The notes beneath the pieces are model-generated. The model was not told the DNA's origin, did not search any database, and was given only the letters and a program-made list of their open reading frames with translations. Shown here one piece after another: positions 52,515 through 57,493 of a stretch of DNA of 57,493 nucleotides. Within the stretch, counting starts at the first letter, position 1. Each line of letters opens with the position of its first letter. This DNA comes from Prorocentrum cordatum (taxonomy: Eukaryota). The DNA lies in NCBI GenBank assembly GCA_963575745.1, contig CAUYUJ010000021.1:62001-119493 (forward strand). Direction: 5' to 3'. A program made the translations under genes and the position numbers.

Positions 52515-54870
52515 TTCCTCGCCCCTGCCATTTCGCCCGCGTCTCGTGACTCCCCGTCGGAAGGCTGGGACATCGACGAGTTCCCCCACCTGCGCGCGCG
52601 ATGGCCGCGCAACTGGGCATCCAACTGGCACCGCGCCCTCCCTCGAGATCAGCTATGACTGCGGCCGTCGCTCGCCCCTGCGCGGCGCGCGCTGCAACTG
52701 CCAAAGACGACGCGATCATGCGCTGAGCGCGCTTTGCACCCAACGCTGGACGCCCCCGATGCCCGCCCAAGAACCACCGGCGCCCTGTCGATGGGAAAAT
52801 TGGACGCGGCCCTGGGCCCCGCCATGGCAGGCGCGCGCGATAGCTCGCGGCAAATGCGACGGCGCCCCCTCGTCTCCGTCTCCGACGACCTCCTCCCCGC
52901 GCAACGCCCGCCCGTGAATCGTCGCCGCGCGCCCCCGTAGAAGCTGCTTCTTTTCGACCGATCTAACTAATCCCCTAAGACCGCAGGCGTGCCCTTTGCC
53001 GGCGGCAGCCGCCCTGGCAAGCTCGCGCACTCCTTGTCGCGGTACCCCGACCGCCGAATTTGCCCTTCCACTGCGCATGGCCGCCTGCGTTCCCCTCCGT
53101 GACCAGGGCGGCCCCCCGCCGCGACCCAAAGCACCTCCCCCCCCCCTTCGCCCGCCGCACGGCCCCCTGCTTGCCGACGCGGCGCTTGATGTTTTGATCG
53201 GCATAATTTGCGACGGCCTCGACGAATCTGCCGTCGCGGAAACTCGCGTCGTCCGGCGACGTCGCGACGAGCCCCCTCTTCTCCGCTCCGCAGCGCAGCG
53301 CTCCGCCCCATTATTCCCGGCGGTGGCCCAAGCACCCTGCCGACGACGAACGTTGCCGCGCTGCGTTGCTTCTTGCCCCCAAGACCCCGGCGCGCCCGCC
53401 GGCCCGCCGCGCGAGAAACTGCGCGTCCGTTCCGTCGGCGTTCCGCGACGATACTCGCATTGCACCCCGAGGAACCAATCGCCGCCCTCCTCCGCGCGCA
53501 TGCATTCGATCAACTCCGCCATTTCCCGCGCTGCCCTTTGGCCCCCTACTCGCCGGGAGATGCGCTGACCATGGGCCCCGTGGCCCGGCGGCCCCAGCGG
53601 ATGGAAATCTCCGCAGAACGGCGCGCTCACGCCCCCGAGTGGCCAGCCCACGCCGCCTGCCCCCACATCGGCGACACTTGCTGCTGACATGCACGACCAC
53701 AAGTGCGAACCGAGCTCTGCAATGAAATTCGCGCTCATCACGCCCACCTCGTCAACGATGAGCCAATTTCACTGCGACATCCGTTGCGCGGCCACGTCCT
53801 GTGTCGTTCTCTCCGTCGCCCTGGCGTTTCCCTCGCCTCCCGCGCTCGGCCCCTTCGTCTTGCTCGCGCCCGTGCCGAATGCGCTGTGGATCGTAATCCC
53901 GCCGAGGGCTGACGCGTTGGTTGCCTGCGACGCTGCCGCCTCAAAGTCCACGCCGCGCGCCCACCCCATCTCCTCGTGCAGCTCCTTCCGAATCTTCACT
54001 ATACGAAGCCTTTCCCAGTCCCAGGCCCGCCGCGGCGCACCCGCAGGAGCGGCCCCGTGTCGGCGCGACGCTGCCCCACCTTCCCCCACTGCGTGGGGGC
54101 CGAAAATTCCTGCTCCAGAACCCGATCGGCCACCATCTCCACGTGGCCCGCGTTCAGTCCGCTCTCCGCGAATTTGCGTTTTCCACCTGCGCGCGCTAGA
54201 CGCCGACGTCTTCTTGCCCGCCACCACCTGTCGGCCCCCCCCGTTTGCCCCGCGCCATTTCCGTCTCGGGCTCTCGCCGCCGCCGCCGCTTGCGCCCGCT
54301 GAACTGCCGCGTCGCCTCACCCCCACATCCCGCCCCGTTTCCGCTTCTTGCGGTTGCCGCTCTTCCGCCGCAAGTCCCCGCCCCGCGCGGCCTCGCCCCT
54401 GGCCATCGCTTCGCAACTCGATTCGCGTTCGCCCTCGATCGTTGCGTTTATCCGTCTGCCTTCTCTCTCTTGCCCCCGACGTGCGCCTTTCGCCTCGTGG
54501 CCGCATCAACAACTATCGGGTGCAACTCTTCGTCGCTGCACAGCTCGTCCTCGTGCTTCGCCAGGTCTTCGTCCGTGACTGGTCGTAGGTCCACGACGCC
54601 CATGTAATTATGAAGGTGCCTTCTCGTCTCTTCGCACGGCATGCCCGTCTTCAACCATTCCAACGACGCCTCTGCCGACGACCCGTGCGCCTCGCAGAAA
54701 TCCCGCAGATGCGGCACTCCACGCTCCACATCTTCCCGCAGTGTAAACCCTCGAAAGTACGCCATCAGCAGGAGCCCATTCCACTCTTCTTCTCCCGCCT
54801 CGTGCTTCGGCTGCGGCGCCCCATGGAAGCTCGGATTCCTCGGGCGCTCCTTCCGGGCCAGAACCGACGT
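52515..54870 (-). pseudogene. Decayed Pif1-family helicase (likely a Helitron/Helentron RepHel remnant)
   Basis: GGPGTGK (~54010-54030), ASALGGITIHSAF, LIVDEVGVM, LGGVSAPFCGDFHPLGP, and degenerate AQG..AVIADL..AAIAR motifs in Pif1 order across frameshifts; probably continues beyond the insertion to ~50400. Confidence 0.75.
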
Positions 54871-54899
54871 GAAGCCAGGAAAGAAGTCAATTTCATTGG

Positions 54900-55990
54900 T
54901 TTTTTGTAGATTTCAGCGTTCCCGCCTATTGCCGCTCTCAGAGGTCCAGGACGGCCGAAACAACCTCCGAAGTGGCCCCCAGACGGCCCAAGAAGCCCTC
55001 AAGAGGGCCCCAAAACGTCCCAAGAGGCCCCCCAGACAGCCCAAAGAGGCTACCGAGATGCCCCAAGAGGCCCCAAAGACGGCTCAAGAGTACCCCAAGA
55101 CAGTCTCCGAAGGGACCAGACAGCGCAACAGCGCCCCCACGACGCCCACACGGGGCTCCGAGAGGCCCCCAAGAGGCCGCCCAGAGGCCCCCAAGAGGCC
55201 TCCCAGACGCCCGCGAGGACCCAAGAGGCCCCAAAGAGGCCTCCAAGGGGCCCCCAAAAAGTTCCCAAAGGCCCGACAACGACTGGACTGTACGTGCTCC
55301 GGACGTGCACCCCACGAAGCGAGAGGAATCAATTATGTTTCATTGGTTTTTCAATGTGTTTGGGGTTCTCCACTTTTCTGGGTTCCAACGCTCCACGACG
55401 CTCCAAGAGGCCCTCATAGGCCGTCACAAGACGGCCCCAGAGGCCTCCACGAGGGCCCCAAGACGGCCCAAGATGGCCCCAAGACGGCCCAAGAGGCGCC
55501 CCAAGAGGGCCCCAAGAGTGCCCCAAGACGGGCCCGAGAGGGAGGGGGGAACACGAACCGAAAATCCGAGTCTTCCGCCCCAAAAGGCGCCCGGGAGGCC
55601 CCAAGAGGACCCCCACAAAACCCAACAGACCTCCGAGAAGCTCCCGCTAGGCCCCAAGACGCCCAACAACCCCGCAGAAACCTCCCCCTCCTGGGGCTTC
55701 GGCACATCGCGATGGCCACCCGGAATTTGCATCGCCCGTTGGTCTTCCCGCGCGAAATGATCCCCAAATGGCCTCCAAGACGGCCAAGATGGCCTCCAAA
55801 TTCGCCCAAGACGGCCACGAGGGTACAGGATGCTTCCAAGTCCGCTCAAGAAGCCACGAAGACGGCCCAAGCTGGCTCAAAGATGGGCAAAGACGCTTTG
55901 AGAGGCCCAGAAAAGCATCCAAGACGGCCGACGAGGCCCGCAAGAGGTCATTCGGGAAGGCCGGAAGAGAACAAAATCATTGATATTCCT
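54900..55990 (+). repeat. GGCCCCAAGA-rich dispersed repeat blocks
   Basis: Same degenerate 10-11-mer as 4100-5870, 42090-42640, 48850-49750 and 57140-57493. Confidence 0.75.
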
Positions 55991-56089
55991 TCGCTTTTCC
56001 CGACCATCCTGTGGTGCTGGGTCCTCGTTTGAAAGAGACAACGCCCCGCGTCACCTCACCTCCTGCCCTCCTCACGGTCCTCCCTCCCA

Positions 56090-57040
56090 TGTTTGCACAC
56101 CCATCACACGTTTCGTGGCCCCATTGGGAGCTCCAGCTAAAGCCCCCGTGGCGCAGTTCGCATTTGGGCGTCAAGCCCGTTTCGGCAAACCCATCACACG
56201 TTTCGTAGCCTCATAGAAAGCTCCAGGGAATGCCCCTGTGGCGCAATTCGCATGTGGGCGTCACGCCCGTTTCGGCACACCCATCACACGTTTCGTGGCC
56301 CCCATAAGAAGGATCAATATAAGGCCTCCATGGGGCAACTCGCATGTGGGCGTCACTCCCGTTTCGACATTCCCATCACACGTTTCGTTGCTCCAGCCAA
56401 TGCCTCCGTGGCGCAGTTCGCATGTGGGCGTCACGCCCGTTTCGGAACACTCCTCACACGTTACGTGGCCTCGCAGGGGACCTCCACCGAGTGCCTCCGT
56501 GGCGCAGTTCGCATGCGTGCGTCACGCCCGTTTCGGCAAACACTGCACACGTTTCGGGGCTCCACCGAGTGCCTCTGTGGCGCAGTTCGCATGTGCGTCA
56601 CGCCCGTTTCGGTACACCCCTCACACGCATCTTGGCACCACAAGGAGCTCCACCGAGTGCTTCCGTGGCGCAACTCGCATGTGGGGGTCACGCTGGTTTC
56701 GTCACACCCCTCACACGTGTCGTGGCCCCATAGGGGAGCTCCACCTAAAGCTCCCGTGGCGCAGTTCGCATGTGGGCATCACGCCCGTGTCGGCACACCC
56801 ATCACACGCTTCGTAACCCCATAGGGAGCTCCACCGAAGGCCCCCGTGGCACAGTCCGCATGTGGGCGTCACGCCCGTTTCGCCACACTCCTCACACGTT
56901 TCTTGGTCCCAGGAGGGGCTCAACCGAGTGCCTCCGTGGCGCAGTTCGCATGCGGTTCCCCACCCATTTCGGCACTCTACTCACACGATTCTTGTCACAC
57001 CCCTGAGACGCTTCGTGGCCCCATAGGGAGCTCCACCGAA
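56090..57040. repeat. ~90-bp tandem satellite
   Basis: CCATCACACGTTTCGT recurs at 56101, 56191, 56281 and onward; a related fragment lies at 41940-42075. Confidence 0.9.
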
Positions 57041-57493
57041 ATCGATGGCCACAACGCGGTACTCACAACTGCATATGGTTGGGTCCTTCATCGGGAGAAT
57101 TGTTTTGAGAATTCTGGTATTTGCATCTTCTCGGTCTTCCGACGGCCCAAGACGGCCCAAGAAGACCCTAAGATCGCTCTCAGAACACCCAACAGGCCTC
57201 CAAGATGGCCCCAAGACGGCCCAAGAGGCCCCCAAGACGGCCCAGAGAGGGCCCAAGACAGCCCAAGAGGCCTCCATGACGCCCAAAATGGCCTCCAAGA
57301 CGGCACTGAAGCGGCCCAAGAGGGCCCCAAGACGGCCCAGAGAGGCCCCTTAAGACGGCTCCCGACGGCGTCAGACGGCCCAGGAACGCCCCAAGACGGC
57401 CGAAGAGTCCCCGAACAAGCCTCCAAAGGCTCCCGAGAGGCCGAAGGAGACCACCAAAAGGCCTCCAAGAGGCTCCCACGAAGCTCCTAGAAG

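Noticed and set aside
56090..57040. CRISPR- or tRNA-like array
   Set aside because: 90-bp satellite with homologous 'spacers'; no cloverleaf or T-loop consensus seen.

Overview
Eukaryotic, repeat-saturated DNA with no confidently identifiable host gene. The GC/GA splice donors and the style of the retroelements suggest a dinoflagellate (inference). Main content: (1) An apparently intact 12.4-kb DNA transposon (8789-21195) bounded by 9-bp TIRs (TTGTGACAT...ATGTCACAA) and inserted in a (GGA)n microsatellite, in a phase compatible with an 8-bp TSD. It carries two large minus-strand genes: a ~1500-aa transposase with D/D/CxxH/W/E motifs plus AT-hook- and HMG-like parts, and a ~1100-aa unknown protein with a predicted N-terminal C4 zinc finger. 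This is the best candidate for an undescribed system. (2) A full-length but decayed Copia-order LTR retrotransposon (28342-40109; 124-bp LTRs, AAGT TSD, Met-type PBS) with a cytosine-methyltransferase-like remnant, a coiled-coil region and two nested insertions. (3) Non-autonomous Helentron/Helitron2-like elements and a decayed Pif1 helicase. (4) A ~185-bp TIR element whose two copies are flanked by long direct repeats of different length (75 and 26 bp). (5) Palindromic MITEs, a second Copia remnant, LINE fragments, and many micro-/minisatellites. All family assignments come from motifs recognised by eye; no database searches were run.
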